The notes under the pieces: model-generated | Databases searched by the model: none | What the model was told of the DNA's origin: nothing | The model's input: only the letters and a program-made list of their open reading frames with translations | Shown here: positions 40,010 to 50,136 of the stretch, piece by piece | Layout: each line of letters opens with the position of its first letter | How positions within the stretch are numbered: the first letter of the stretch is position 1 | Assembly (NCBI GenBank): GCA_965223545.1 | Contig: OZ245006.1 | Location: 1,632,001-1,696,000 of the forward strand | DNA length: 64,000 nt | From: Planctomycetota bacterium | Lineage (GTDB): Bacteria > Planctomycetota > UBA1135 > UBA2386 | Direction of reading: 5' to 3' | Program-made: the position numbers and the translations under genes

Positions 40010-40834
40010 TCAGCGCGTCAGGCGCGCCGGGGCTCCCTCCACCACCTCCGCACCGGCGGAGAAGTGCTGGCGGATTTCCTTGGCGATGTCGCGCCGCGGG
40101 TGGCTCCCGTGCGGCTGCCCTTCGAAGAACAGATCGTTCTGCAGGATCTTCTGCGCGACGTCGAGGCGCTCCTTGACCTCGGCCAGGACTTCCTTGGCCT
40201 CGCCCAGCGCGCTGTCGTCCAGCGTGAAGTTGCGCGAGCTGGCCTTCATTGCGTCGACCTGGGCCTGCTGGGTCTTCAGCTGCCCGATCAGGTCGACCAT
40301 GCGGCTCTTCTCGGCGCGCACGGTGTCCAGCTTGGTGCGAGCGGCGGCGACCGCGGCGGTCTCCCGCTCGATCAGCACCTTCTTGCTCTTCATCATCGAC
40401 TGGTTGGCCTTGAAGGACTCGAAGGTCCGCTCCAGGTCGATCTCGACCCGCTCGCGGCTGATCGTCTGGCCGCTGGCCAAGCGATAGTGGACGTCGCCGT
40501 CCCAAGCCGCCAGCTGCTCGGCGCCCGACTTGAGCTTGCGCTCGCCGCGCACGATCGCGCGCTCCAGGCCCTCGACGTCGTCGACCAAGCGCTCCAGCCG
40601 CACCTCGGCGCGGGCGACGTCGCGCTCGCACTGGCGGATCTGCGGGTCGATGTCGCGGATCAGCGACTCGGCGCGCTTGAGCTCGAACTCGATCGGGATC
40701 TCGCCGCGCACACTCTCCTTGACCGAGCTGGCCATCGTGCTGACGTAGCTGACGACGTTGTCACCGAAGACAAAGTAGCCAGCGCCGGCCATGCCCAGCG
40801 CTCCGATCAGGGTCCATTTCACAAGCTTCAGCAT
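40010..40834 (-). CDS. Membrane-anchored coiled-coil protein
   Basis: N-terminal TM, long heptad pattern, GGAGG SD. Confidence 0.75.
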   Translation of the reverse strand: MLKLVKWTLIGALGMAGAGYFVFGDNVVSYVSTMASSVKESVRGEIPIEFELKRAESLIRDIDPQIRQCERDVARAEVRLERLVDDVEGLERAIVRGERKLKSGAEQLAAWDGDVHYRLASGQTISRERVEIDLERTFESFKANQSMMKSKKVLIERETAAVAAARTKLDTVRAEKSRMVDLIGQLKTQQAQVDAMKASSRNFTLDDSALGEAKEVLAEVKERLDVAQKILQNDLFFEGQPHGSHPRRDIAKEIRQHFSAGAEVVEGAPARLTR

Positions 40835-41023
40835 CGTAGGTATTGCCTCCTGGCGGTCGGTTTCCGGGGTCAGGAAGCGCTCGGGATGGCGCCCCAACTG
40901 ACGGTCCCCCATGCGGAAACGACTGCCAAAGATTTGCGCAGGCACCGTCTCTCGCGCGTTTTGCGGGCCAGGGGGCGGTCATCCCGGCAAAAATTGCCGA
41001 CACTGGCCGCTCGCGGCGCGGGC

Positions 41024-41335
41024 TCAGCGCGGGCGGGGCCGCAGAGCCGCCGCGGTCGATCGCATCAGACGATCTTTGAGGTCGACGAGCTTGCGCTGCG
41101 AGGCGTCGTCCGCCCGCGCGCGCAGGTCCTCGAGCACCGCGTTGCAGTACGGGCAAGCCGCCTCGCGCAGGTGGAAGTCCAAGAACTCGATCGCACCACT
41201 CTCCAGCGAGCCGGCATCGTAGGCGCGCAGCAGATCCGGGTGTGGGCAGGAGACCCGGTGCTCGCGCCACACCGAGCTGACGGTGAACGCCAGCGCGTCG
41301 TCGCGGTCGCCGCCCGCTGGTGCTCGATCGGTCAT
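41024..41335 (-). CDS. Small zinc-binding (zf-HC2/ZAS-like) putative anti-sigma factor
   Basis: SCPH...FHLREAACPYC directly after ECF sigma. Confidence 0.7.
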   Translation of the reverse strand: MTDRAPAGGDRDDALAFTVSSVWREHRVSCPHPDLLRAYDAGSLESGAIEFLDFHLREAACPYCNAVLEDLRARADDASQRKLVDLKDRLMRSTAAALRPRPR

Positions 41336-41337
41336 TG

Positions 41338-41991
41338 TCAGCGCGCTCCGGGCTGCCAGAGGCCGCCGAACAGCGAGTGGTTGGGGTCGTTCTGCCGCGC
41401 CAGACCGCGCAGCTTCTCGATGGCGCGGAACTTGACGCCGGCGACGATCTTCTCGTCCTGGATGCCGAAGCGCGCCGCGGCGTCCTTGTTGCGACCACCG
41501 AGCACGAACAGGTACTCCAGCACCTGCAGCTTCTGGAACTCGCCGGCCTCCCACAGCTCGCCGACGAACTCCTTGAGGATCCGCGCCAGCACCGCCTTGC
41601 GGCGCGTCGCGTTCTCGGCCTCGACCGCGTCGGCGGCGGGCTCGGGGGCGCCCTCGGCGTCCATGTTCTCCAGCCACACGCCGCTGTAGTCGCGCTCCTC
41701 GGCCTTCGCGGGGATCAGCCGGATCTTGTGCTTGCGGAAGTGATCGATGACGCGGTTCTTGGCGATGCCGAACAGGAACTGCTCGAGCGTGAAGCCGGGA
41801 TCGAACTTGGCGATGCCCTTGACCGCACCGAGGAACACGTCCTGGGTGAGATCCTCAGCGGTCTGGTGGTCGTCGACGTAGCGCTTGACGAAGAAGAACA
41901 CCCGCCGGAAGTACTCTTCCTGCAGACGCTCCCAGGCCAGCTCGTCCATGGCCTGGAGGTCGCGGATCTCGGGGTCGGGGTCGCTGTTCAT
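41338..41991 (-). CDS. ECF sigma factor
   Basis: TAEDLTQDVF, FLFGIAKNRVIDHFRK. Confidence 0.88.
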   Translation of the reverse strand: MNSDPDPEIRDLQAMDELAWERLQEEYFRRVFFFVKRYVDDHQTAEDLTQDVFLGAVKGIAKFDPGFTLEQFLFGIAKNRVIDHFRKHKIRLIPAKAEERDYSGVWLENMDAEGAPEPAADAVEAENATRRKAVLARILKEFVGELWEAGEFQKLQVLEYLFVLGGRNKDAAARFGIQDEKIVAGVKFRAIEKLRGLARQNDPNHSLFGGLWQPGAR

Positions 41992-42014
41992 TAGGCTAGC
42001 GCTCCGCCGCCAGC

Positions 42015-43292
42015 CTACACGAACAGCGAGCCGAGGAAGATCAAACCAACCACGATCCCGACCAGCAGTGCCGCCATCAGCACGTAGCCGGCAAAGTGCA
42101 GCGCGAGGCCGAGAATGCGGAACGGCAGCTGCACCAGGAACACGAGCCCGTGGCCGAGCCCCATGCTCAGCAGCCGCACCGGCAGCAGCGCGAGCATGAT
42201 CATCAGCTCGATGCCGCGGAACACCAGATGGACCGCGCCGCCGACGACCCCGCCGACACCCACCGCCGGTGGATCGCGCCACGGCATGCTCTGCGGCCCT
42301 CCCGGAGCGGCGGTCGCGGCCGCGCCCATGGCGGGTTGAGGCGGCGGCGGCGGCGCAGCCGTGCGCGCGGTGTCGGCCGCCGCAGACTTGCCCGGAGGCG
42401 GGATGACCATGCTCTCGCCCAGGGCTGCGGGCGCGTGCAGCGCGTGCAGCAACTCCTCGGCGGTCTGGAATCGATCGTCGGGGTCCTTGGCCAGGCAGCG
42501 GTCGAGAATCGCCCGGTCGGCGGCGCCGATGTTGGCCGGGTAGTGCGGGTGCGCGCTCTCGTGCTTGCGCAGCACCTCCCACTCGGTGTCGCCCTTGAAC
42601 GGCACGTCGCCGGTCAAGCACTCGTAGAGCAGCACGCCCAGCGAGTAGACGTCGCTGCGTGCGTCGCCGCGCCGCTGAAGCATCTCCGGCGCCATGTAGT
42701 AGGGCGTGCCGCGGCCGAACGACAGCGAGTTGCGCGACTCGGTCACCAGCTTGGACAGGCCGTAGTCCCCCACGCGGGCGATGTCGCCCTTGAGGAAGAT
42801 GTTGGCGGGCTTCAGATCGAAGTGCACCAGCGAGCGCTCGTGCAGCGCCTGCACGCCGCGCGCCGCCTGCACGAAGATGCGCATCGCCTGATCCCGCGAC
42901 AACGGGCCGGCCTCGAGCCGCTTGCGCAGCGTCTCGTCGCCGGCGTAGCTCATGATGATGAACGGGATCCCGTCCACCTCGCCCTTGTCCTCGATCGACA
43001 CCAGGTTTGGGTGGTCGATCTGGGCGAAGAAGCGCACCGTCTGTAGCTCGCGCACGACCGCGTCGCGCACGACCTCGTCGTCGACCTTCAAGAACTTGAT
43101 CGCGTAGTCCTTGCCGATCGACTCCTTGCGCGCCTTGAACACCATGCCGAACACGCCGCCGCCGAGCTTGTTGACGACCTCGAAGCCGGGCACGTAGCCG
43201 GGCTTGCGGTAGTTGGCGTAGAACGACTCCCAGTTGATCCGGGGCCGGCCGGACGGGCCGGGCTGGGTCGATTCGAGGCTTTCGGCTTCCAT
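42015..43292 (-). CDS. Ser/Thr protein kinase with C-terminal TM region
   Basis: LGGGVFG, AIK, HFDLKPAN, GDYG, GTPYYMAPE. Confidence 0.92.
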   Translation of the reverse strand: MEAESLESTQPGPSGRPRINWESFYANYRKPGYVPGFEVVNKLGGGVFGMVFKARKESIGKDYAIKFLKVDDEVVRDAVVRELQTVRFFAQIDHPNLVSIEDKGEVDGIPFIIMSYAGDETLRKRLEAGPLSRDQAMRIFVQAARGVQALHERSLVHFDLKPANIFLKGDIARVGDYGLSKLVTESRNSLSFGRGTPYYMAPEMLQRRGDARSDVYSLGVLLYECLTGDVPFKGDTEWEVLRKHESAHPHYPANIGAADRAILDRCLAKDPDDRFQTAEELLHALHAPAALGESMVIPPPGKSAAADTARTAAPPPPPQPAMGAAATAAPGGPQSMPWRDPPAVGVGGVVGGAVHLVFRGIELMIMLALLPVRLLSMGLGHGLVFLVQLPFRILGLALHFAGYVLMAALLVGIVVGLIFLGSLFV

Positions 43293-43297
43293 GGCGC

Positions 43298-43891
43298 TCA
43301 CAGCATGAAGACGACCGGTGCGACGGTCGCGCCCAGGGCCAATCCGATCAGGCGCAGGCGCCACGTCATGTAGCCGCGGCTGACCCGGTCGAGCCACGCG
43401 GTGACGAACGCCAAGAAGCCCCAGAAGACAGCGATCCCGCCGCACTTCGCCGCGAACAGCTTAGCCGCGGCGGTGAGGCGGCGCGCCAGCCGGGCGTCCT
43501 GCTCCGCATTCGCACGAGCGGAAGCCTGCGCCGGGGCCAGCTGCAGGCTGGTCTGGTAGCTGCGGCCGAAGCCGTGATCCCGCTCCTGGCAGCTGCGGTC
43601 GAGGACCTGGATCTCGTCGGGCATCGCGCCCCGCTCCCAGCGCTCGACCTCGCGCTGCACGAACAGCGAGGGCAGCCACCACGGCGCGCTGTCGCCGGCG
43701 ACGGCCGCCCCGCGGCGGCGCACGTCCTCGCTCAGAATCTCGCGGGCGCGCCGGATCGCGCTGGCGTCGGCCTCCGCCTCGCTGAGCTCGACGCTCCCCT
43801 CGACGGTCACCACCGCCGGCCGGGGCTCGCCGCCAAACGCCCACTGCGCCGTAGCTTGGGGGCCTTGGGCGAGAAGAACGACGGCCAGCAT
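43298..43891 (-). CDS. Hypothetical membrane protein (start uncertain)
   Basis: Signal-like N-terminus, C-terminal TMs with WLDRVSRGYMTWRLR. Confidence 0.65.
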   Translation of the reverse strand: MLAVVLLAQGPQATAQWAFGGEPRPAVVTVEGSVELSEAEADASAIRRAREILSEDVRRRGAAVAGDSAPWWLPSLFVQREVERWERGAMPDEIQVLDRSCQERDHGFGRSYQTSLQLAPAQASARANAEQDARLARRLTAAAKLFAAKCGGIAVFWGFLAFVTAWLDRVSRGYMTWRLRLIGLALGATVAPVVFML

Positions 43892-44019
43892 CAGGGTCGA
43901 CAAGGGAAACCTCCGCTCATGGGCTCCACAGTTCCGGGCGAGACGCCGTTTATTCCGAAACGCGGCGTTCGGGGTTGGGACTCGGGCCAAACCGATCCAA
44001 GAGACGGCGACTTCTGCCC

Positions 44020-44433
44020 ATGATCTCCGTCGCAATCGGGCCCGTGCTGTGGGTCAACACCACCGGGGAGCTCTTCTGCGGAGGCTTGCGTTTCCTCCAC
44101 GTCCCGCTTCAGCGAGGCCCGGAGGATGCGGCGGCCGTTCACGTCGCGCATGGCGGCCTCGTGCTCGAGATCGCCAGACGCCCCCCGCATGCCGTCATGG
44201 CGCGCTTCCCGGGCTACGCCATCGCGGCGAAGAATCCGGCGATTCGCGCGCGGTTGGCGCAGTGGCCGATGTTCCAGGTCTGCGGCAGGGCTCGCATCGG
44301 CGGGTTGCTCGTCTCCGCTTCGCCACGGTGCCTCTGGATCGACGACCGCGCCTTCGGCCCGTCGCTCGACAACGCGAGAGGGCGCGCGCTGGACGTCGGC
44401 GCAGAGGGGGTCACCGTCCACGCAGCTCGTTGA
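44020..44433 (+). CDS. Hypothetical protein
   Basis: Fills gap, plausible composition and codon use. Confidence 0.45.
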   Translation: MISVAIGPVLWVNTTGELFCGGLRFLHVPLQRGPEDAAAVHVAHGGLVLEIARRPPHAVMARFPGYAIAAKNPAIRARLAQWPMFQVCGRARIGGLLVSASPRCLWIDDRAFGPSLDNARGRALDVGAEGVTVHAAR

Positions 44434-44451
44434 CCGCGACGCGCCGCGCCG

Positions 44452-47154
44452 TCACGCGCCCCGCTGCCAGGGCTGCAGAACGAACGAGACCTCACCGCAG
44501 GTCACCAGGGCACCGGCCTCGACCGGGTGCTCCTTGGCGAACGGGCGGCCGTTGATCTCGCCTTGACCGTCGTAGCGCACCCGCACCTGACCGTCCTTGG
44601 TGGCGAACAGCTCGACCTCGGGCTGGTCGTGGGGCGTGCGCACGTGGGCGTCGTCGACGGGGCCGATCAGGATGCGGCCGTCGCGGCCACGGTCCTTCAT
44701 CAGCAGGACCTTGTCCGTGCCGGCGACCTGGAAGCCGCTCGACAGGGTCAGAAGGGCGCTGAGCGAGCGGGAGCTCGGCAGCCGGTAGTGCAGCTCGAGG
44801 GCCTTGCCCAAGCGCACGCGGTCGCCGGTCTTGAGCTTGTGCTCGGCCACGGCGCGGCCGCCGACGGTGATCTCGCCGCGGTCGGCGACGATGCGATCCT
44901 GCAGCCCCCCGTGGAACGACATCGAGCGCTGGATGCGCGCGTGGCTGCCCGCGATGTTGGCCAAGACCGCCAGGTCGGCGTGGCCGTCGCGCAGGTTGCC
45001 GATGGTGCACGAGTCGCGGCGCAGCACCAGGAACTCGCCACCCTCGTCGACCCGCAGCAGGAAGCCCGCCTCCAGGCCTTGCGCCCGCGCCAAGCTCTGC
45101 TTGATGTCGAACACGCGGGTGCGCAGCAGCGGTGGGGTCGGCGGCATGCCGCTCAACTTGGCCTGCGCCGCATCGAAGTCACGGCCCTCGGCCAGGCGCT
45201 CGACCTCGCACAGCGCCGCCTCCTGCTGCCGCAGCCGGACGACGCCGTCCTCCAACCGGCGCACGCTGGAGCCGTCCACCGACGCACCGCGCGCCTCCTC
45301 GAGGTGTCGCTCGGCGGCCTCCAAGTCGCGGCCGGCGAGCGCCTCGGCCCCGCGCCGCGCCGCATCCGACGCCGTCGCGCGCTGCTCCTCGACGCGTTCG
45401 CGCAGGGTCTGCGCCCGGCGCGCCAACTCGCTGCCCTCGCCGGCGAGCGCCTCGGTCGCCGACAACCACAGCACTGCCGCGGCGAGCTGGCCGGCACCGG
45501 CCGCGGCCTCGGCGGCGGTCAGCATGCGGTCGCCGAGCTCGAGCACCCGCGCGTCCAACCGATCGGGGCGCAGCAGGCGACCGCGCACATCCGGCCAATC
45601 GGCGAGCGCCGTCGCCACGCCCTTGGCATCGGCACCGTCCATGAGGGCGGTCGCCTTCGAAAACAGCTCCAGTCCCTCGATCTCGGCCTCCAGCGCGCGA
45701 TCGAGCTCCGCGGCGGCCTCGTTGTCGGTCTGCACGGCCATCAGCTGTTGCAGCCGTGAGCGACAGTGGCGCAGCCCCTCGGGCGTCGCCGAGTCGCGCC
45801 CGTGCATCGCCCGGCGCACCTGATCCAAGCCGCTGTCGACGAGGTCGATGCGCGCGCGCAGGTCGGCCAGCAACAGCCGCGCCTCCTCGCCCTGGCCGCT
45901 CGGCCCGACCAGGGCCACGGCGATCGCGGCGGCCTCGCGCAGGCGCGCGTCCTTGGCCAACTCCCGCGCCCGCGCCAGCCGCTCCTCGCGGTCCTTGGCT
46001 CCCTGGTCCAAGAGATCCATCTCGCGGCGCGCGGCTTCGTGCATCGGCCAGCGCTCCAGCAAGGGCACCAGCGCTGCCCGCGCCTCCACCAGGCGGCCGG
46101 CACCGGCCAGCTCGCGCGCCTTCGCCAGACCGTCGCGGGTGTCGGCAGCCGCGCGGTCCAGCTCCTTCTGCACCGCGCGCGGCAGCGCCACCCCCGAGCC
46201 CTGCATCACCACCGCCAGCTGCCGGCCGGCGCCGTCGAAGTCACCGCGGTCGCGCAGTTCGAGCGCCTGCGCCAGCGCGTCCATCGCGCGCCGCATATCG
46301 GTGCCGCCCGTCTCCTGCAGGACCCGCGGGTCCATCTCGGCGTAGGCCGCGGCGGCGGCATCGAGCTCGCCCGCCTTGAGTCGCTTGCGCAGCTCGTCGC
46401 TCCACGATCCGGCGGCGCGCGCCATCAGCTTCTGCACGCTGTCGACCGCGTCGAGCTCGGGCAGCTGCGCGCGCTCGCGGTGCAGCTGCTCGAGCGCCCG
46501 GTCGATGTCGCCCTTGGCGACCTGCTCGCGCAGCGCCGGCACCAGCGCCGCGGCGACTGCCCGCGCGATGCGCAGCCCGAGATCACCGGCCGCCGCCAGG
46601 CCACCGTCCTGCCCCTTGGCGCGCACCAACAGATCGCGCGCGCGGTCGGTCTCGCCGTCGCGCAGCGCCGCCTCGGCCTGCTCGGCCAGGTCGGCGCCGG
46701 CCTTGCGCCGGGCCTCGATCAGACTGGACACCGCGCGCTCTTCAGCCGGCAGCGCGTGCAGCTCGTGCGCGGCCCGGCACTGCTCGGCGGCGGCGTCGAG
46801 CTCGCCTCGCGCCGCCATCCGGCGCGCCTCGCGCAGCATCGAGCCAGCCTCGCGCGCGGTCGTCGAGGCGCCCTCGATCTCGTCCTTGACGGCTTGCGCC
46901 AGGGTCCGCGCGCCGTCGTACTCCGGCGCCGACACCAGCACCCGACTGAGGTCGGCCAACGCGGCGGTGCGCGCTCCCTCGCCTTGCCGGCGGCGCGCGC
47001 GCTGCATCAAGCCTTGAAGCGCCTTGTCGCGCAGCTCGCGGGCGCGCCGCTGGTCGCGCACCACGGGGTCCTGCAGCAGCTGCAGAACCTGATCGAAGTG
47101 CCCTCGAGCGAGGGCGCGCCGCGCCTCGGCGAATCTGATGAATCGGTCGAACAT
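44452..47154 (-). CDS. Helical-repeat protein with C-terminal FHA-like domains
   Basis: TIGN...IAGSHARI...LKTGDRVRLG FHA-like pattern. Confidence 0.75.
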   Translation of the reverse strand: MFDRFIRFAEARRALARGHFDQVLQLLQDPVVRDQRRARELRDKALQGLMQRARRRQGEGARTAALADLSRVLVSAPEYDGARTLAQAVKDEIEGASTTAREAGSMLREARRMAARGELDAAAEQCRAAHELHALPAEERAVSSLIEARRKAGADLAEQAEAALRDGETDRARDLLVRAKGQDGGLAAAGDLGLRIARAVAAALVPALREQVAKGDIDRALEQLHRERAQLPELDAVDSVQKLMARAAGSWSDELRKRLKAGELDAAAAAYAEMDPRVLQETGGTDMRRAMDALAQALELRDRGDFDGAGRQLAVVMQGSGVALPRAVQKELDRAAADTRDGLAKARELAGAGRLVEARAALVPLLERWPMHEAARREMDLLDQGAKDREERLARARELAKDARLREAAAIAVALVGPSGQGEEARLLLADLRARIDLVDSGLDQVRRAMHGRDSATPEGLRHCRSRLQQLMAVQTDNEAAAELDRALEAEIEGLELFSKATALMDGADAKGVATALADWPDVRGRLLRPDRLDARVLELGDRMLTAAEAAAGAGQLAAAVLWLSATEALAGEGSELARRAQTLRERVEEQRATASDAARRGAEALAGRDLEAAERHLEEARGASVDGSSVRRLEDGVVRLRQQEAALCEVERLAEGRDFDAAQAKLSGMPPTPPLLRTRVFDIKQSLARAQGLEAGFLLRVDEGGEFLVLRRDSCTIGNLRDGHADLAVLANIAGSHARIQRSMSFHGGLQDRIVADRGEITVGGRAVAEHKLKTGDRVRLGKALELHYRLPSSRSLSALLTLSSGFQVAGTDKVLLMKDRGRDGRILIGPVDDAHVRTPHDQPEVELFATKDGQVRVRYDGQGEINGRPFAKEHPVEAGALVTCGEVSFVLQPWQRGA

Positions 47155-47289
47155 GCGAGATATCAGGGCCTTGCGGCCGGACGCCGGATGCCTGACAGAG
47201 CCGGCGACGGGGGGCGAATGCGCCACCCGGCGCCCACTATTCGCAGGAAACGGACCGGGCGTAAAGCCCTCCGCTAAGGCCGGCGCGGC

Positions 47290-48252
47290 CTACGGGTCGC
47301 CGGACGCCCGCAGTCCATCGACGCCGTGGCCGTCGATCGCCAGGCGCAGGCACGCCTCGGCGCGCGTCAAGAACTCGCTGCGGTGCGCAATGCCCGGCGC
47401 GGGCGCGGTCACCAGGCCGGCGCGCGGTACCAGCCGCAGCCCGCCGCCGAACTCTCGCTCACCGAGCCCGCCGAGCAGGCGCTGGCACAGGGCGGTGGCG
47501 CCGGCTCCGCCGGTCCCTGGCAGCAGCAGCAAGAACGTGGTGTCGGTGAACCGGGCGAGGATGTCGAGGTCGCGACACTCGTTGAGGAGCACGCCGGCGA
47601 TCTCGGCCAGCGCCATGTTCCACGCCGGGCCGGCCGCATCCTCGCCGACGCCGATGTCGAGCAGCACCAGCGACAGCGGCTGGTGGAAGCGCTGCGACCG
47701 CTTGAACTCCTCTTCGAGCTTGTAGCTGGCGAACGGCCCGTTGAACAAGCCGGTGGCCGGATCGGTGAGGCGAGTCAACAACGAGTCCCCCGGCTCGCCG
47801 GCGAGGATGCGCTGCACCGCCGAGGCAGCGCGCGCTGTGTCGCTCGACATCTCGCGCTCCAGATCGGCCAATGCCGCGTCCAGCGGCACCCGACCCGTGG
47901 GCGCGCGCAGCACCATCTCGACGACCGATAGGTCGCGCAGCTGGCCGTCATCGTCGACTTCGACACAGCCGTCGGCGAGACAGAAGCGCGCGACCTCGCG
48001 GCTGTGGCGATCGCCGGCCTCGGTGATCAAGAACACCCGCACGCGCGGCGATGCCTTGAGCGCGCAGCAGGCGGCGAACGCGTTGCGCCCGGGCAACACC
48101 GAGTCGCCCTCGCCGCCGCCGCGCGCGGCCAGGAACACCAAGTCGCCTTCCCGCGGATCGGTCGGATAGCAACGCTGCACGTCACTCCCCAACCGGCGCT
48201 CCAGCTCGTCGCCCCACTCGGCGACCGGACCGTGGTAGTACAGCGCCTGCAT
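47290..48252 (-). CDS. Degenerate GGDEF-domain protein
   Basis: LTDPATGLFN, PLSLVLLDI, RDLDILARFTDTTF. Confidence 0.8.
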   Translation of the reverse strand: MQALYYHGPVAEWGDELERRLGSDVQRCYPTDPREGDLVFLAARGGGEGDSVLPGRNAFAACCALKASPRVRVFLITEAGDRHSREVARFCLADGCVEVDDDGQLRDLSVVEMVLRAPTGRVPLDAALADLEREMSSDTARAASAVQRILAGEPGDSLLTRLTDPATGLFNGPFASYKLEEEFKRSQRFHQPLSLVLLDIGVGEDAAGPAWNMALAEIAGVLLNECRDLDILARFTDTTFLLLLPGTGGAGATALCQRLLGGLGEREFGGGLRLVPRAGLVTAPAPGIAHRSEFLTRAEACLRLAIDGHGVDGLRASGDP

Positions 48253-48257
48253 CGCCC

Positions 48258-49019
48258 TCACTCCTCCTTGGCCGCCTGCTCGGCGATCTCGTCCGCCATC
48301 TCGTAGTTGGCCGATACCGTTTGCACGTCGTCGTGATCTTCGAGCGCGTCGAGCAGTTTGAGCACCTTGCGCGCTTCATCGACCGACTCGATCGCCGCGC
48401 TCGTGCTCGGCACTTGCACGACGCTGGCGTCGACCAGCGGGATCTCGGCAACCTCGAGCGCGGCCTTGATGGCGACGAAATCACTCGGCGCGCCGTGGAT
48501 CGTGAACACGTCCCCATCGCGGATCAGATCCTCCGCGCCGGCCTCGAGCACGATCTCCATCAATCGATCCTCGCTGGCGCCGGCCTCGGGATCGACGACG
48601 AACACCGCTTTGCGCTCGAACATGTACGCCACGGCACCGGCCGACGCCAAGTTGCCACCGGCGCGCTCGAACAGCTTGCGGATCTCGGGCGCGGTGCGGT
48701 TGCGGTTGTCGGTGAGGATGTCGAGCATCACCGCGACGCCACCGGGAGCGTAGCCCTCGTAGACGATCTCCTCGAAGTCGCCGGTGTCGCCCTCGCCGGT
48801 CCCCTTCTTGATCGCCCGCTCGATGTTGTCCTTGGGCATGTTGACCACGCGCGCCTTCTCGATGGCCAGCCGCAGCCGCGGGTTGGCCTCGGGGTCGCCA
48901 CCGCCCATCTTGGCGGCCACGGTGATCATGCGAGCGAGCTTGGAGAACGCGCGCGCCCGCTTGGCGTCGACGCGGTCCTTGCGGAACTTGATGTTCGCGG
49001 AGTGGGAATGACCTGCCAT
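48258..49019 (-). CDS. yebC: YebC/PmpR-family protein
   Basis: MAGHSH, NPRLR, NMPKDNIERAI, YEGY, TDNRNRT. Confidence 0.95.
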   Translation of the reverse strand: MAGHSHSANIKFRKDRVDAKRARAFSKLARMITVAAKMGGGDPEANPRLRLAIEKARVVNMPKDNIERAIKKGTGEGDTGDFEEIVYEGYAPGGVAVMLDILTDNRNRTAPEIRKLFERAGGNLASAGAVAYMFERKAVFVVDPEAGASEDRLMEIVLEAGAEDLIRDGDVFTIHGAPSDFVAIKAALEVAEIPLVDASVVQVPSTSAAIESVDEARKVLKLLDALEDHDDVQTVSANYEMADEIAEQAAKEE

Positions 49020-49182
49020 AAGCAACCCCGGCGGGGCCTTCGGGGAAGGGCGCCGGCGACCGGCACGACGATCGACGGGCTCCTACCGCTTGAGTGCAGC
49101 AGACCCGGGCATCGGTGTCCAGCCCGCGAGCAGCGGGCCACGCGCATCCGCGCCCGAGCAGGCTGCGGAACGACCGCGCTCG

Positions 49183-49584
49183 TCAGCGCTTGGAGAACTG
49201 CGTCGCGCGCCGCGCCTTGCGCAGGCCGTACTTCTTGCGCTCCACCATGCGCGCGTCCCGGGTCAGCAGACCGTGCTCGCGCAGCGTGTGCTCGGTCTCG
49301 GGGTTGTCCGACTTCAGGGCTCGCGCCACGCCGAGCGACACCGCGTCGGCCTGCCCGTTGGGGCCGCCGCCCTCGACGCTCACCCATACATCGTAGGAGC
49401 TGCGCGCCTCGACGGCCTCGAGCGGCTGCACCGCCGACCGGCGCGTGTCGAGCGTGGTGAAGAACTCCTCCACCGGCTTGCCGTTGACGACGAACTGGCC
49501 GGACCCGGCCTTGATACGGACGCGGGCCACCGAGGTCTTACGCCGACCGGTGCCCCAAACATACGGATCGGATGCTAGAACCAA
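49183..49584 (-). CDS. rpsI: 30S ribosomal protein S9
   Basis: GTGRRKTSVARV, LTRDARMVERKKYG..QFSKR. Confidence 0.96.
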   Translation of the reverse strand: MVLASDPYVWGTGRRKTSVARVRIKAGSGQFVVNGKPVEEFFTTLDTRRSAVQPLEAVEARSSYDVWVSVEGGGPNGQADAVSLGVARALKSDNPETEHTLREHGLLTRDARMVERKKYGLRKARRATQFSKR

Positions 49585-49586
49585 GC

Positions 49587-50027
49587 TCAGATCTCCAAGG
49601 GAGTGGGTTGCTGCGCGCGGTGCGGGTGCTCGGGTCCGGTGTAGACCTTGAGACGACTCAGCATGTACTTACCCATGCGCGACTTGGGCAGCATGCGGCG
49701 CACCGCGGCGGTGACGATGTACGCCGGGTTGCGGTCCAAGAACTCGGCCATCGTCACGGTCTTCCGACCCGAGAGGTGCCCGGTGTAGTAGTGGTATTCC
49801 TTCTTCTCCCGCTTCTGCCCGGTGACCTTCACCTTCTCGGCGTTGATCACGATCACACCGGCGCCGACGTTGATGTGCGGGGTGTAGAGCGGCCGGTTCT
49901 TGCCCATCAGCGTCTCGGCGATGACCACCGCCATGCGCCCGAGCGTGTGCTGGGAAGCGTCGACGACATACCAAGTGGCCGCGGCGCGGGTGTGGTCGTC
50001 GATGGTCGCGAAGGTGGTCTTGGTCAT
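49587..50027 (-). CDS. rplM: 50S ribosomal protein L13
   Basis: WYVVDA, LGRMA, YTPH, AVRRMLPK, HPHRAQQP. Confidence 0.96.
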   Translation of the reverse strand: MTKTTFATIDDHTRAAATWYVVDASQHTLGRMAVVIAETLMGKNRPLYTPHINVGAGVIVINAEKVKVTGQKREKKEYHYYTGHLSGRKTVTMAEFLDRNPAYIVTAAVRRMLPKSRMGKYMLSRLKVYTGPEHPHRAQQPTPLEI

Positions 50028-50136
50028 CGAGATGGGCGCCGAGTCGGCGCGCTGATTCAAGGAAAAACGCCCTGCCCAGGTCGGGCGAGGGGCGGGGACA
50101 GTATCCAGTGCCGCAGGGGGAATCAAGGCCGGCCGA

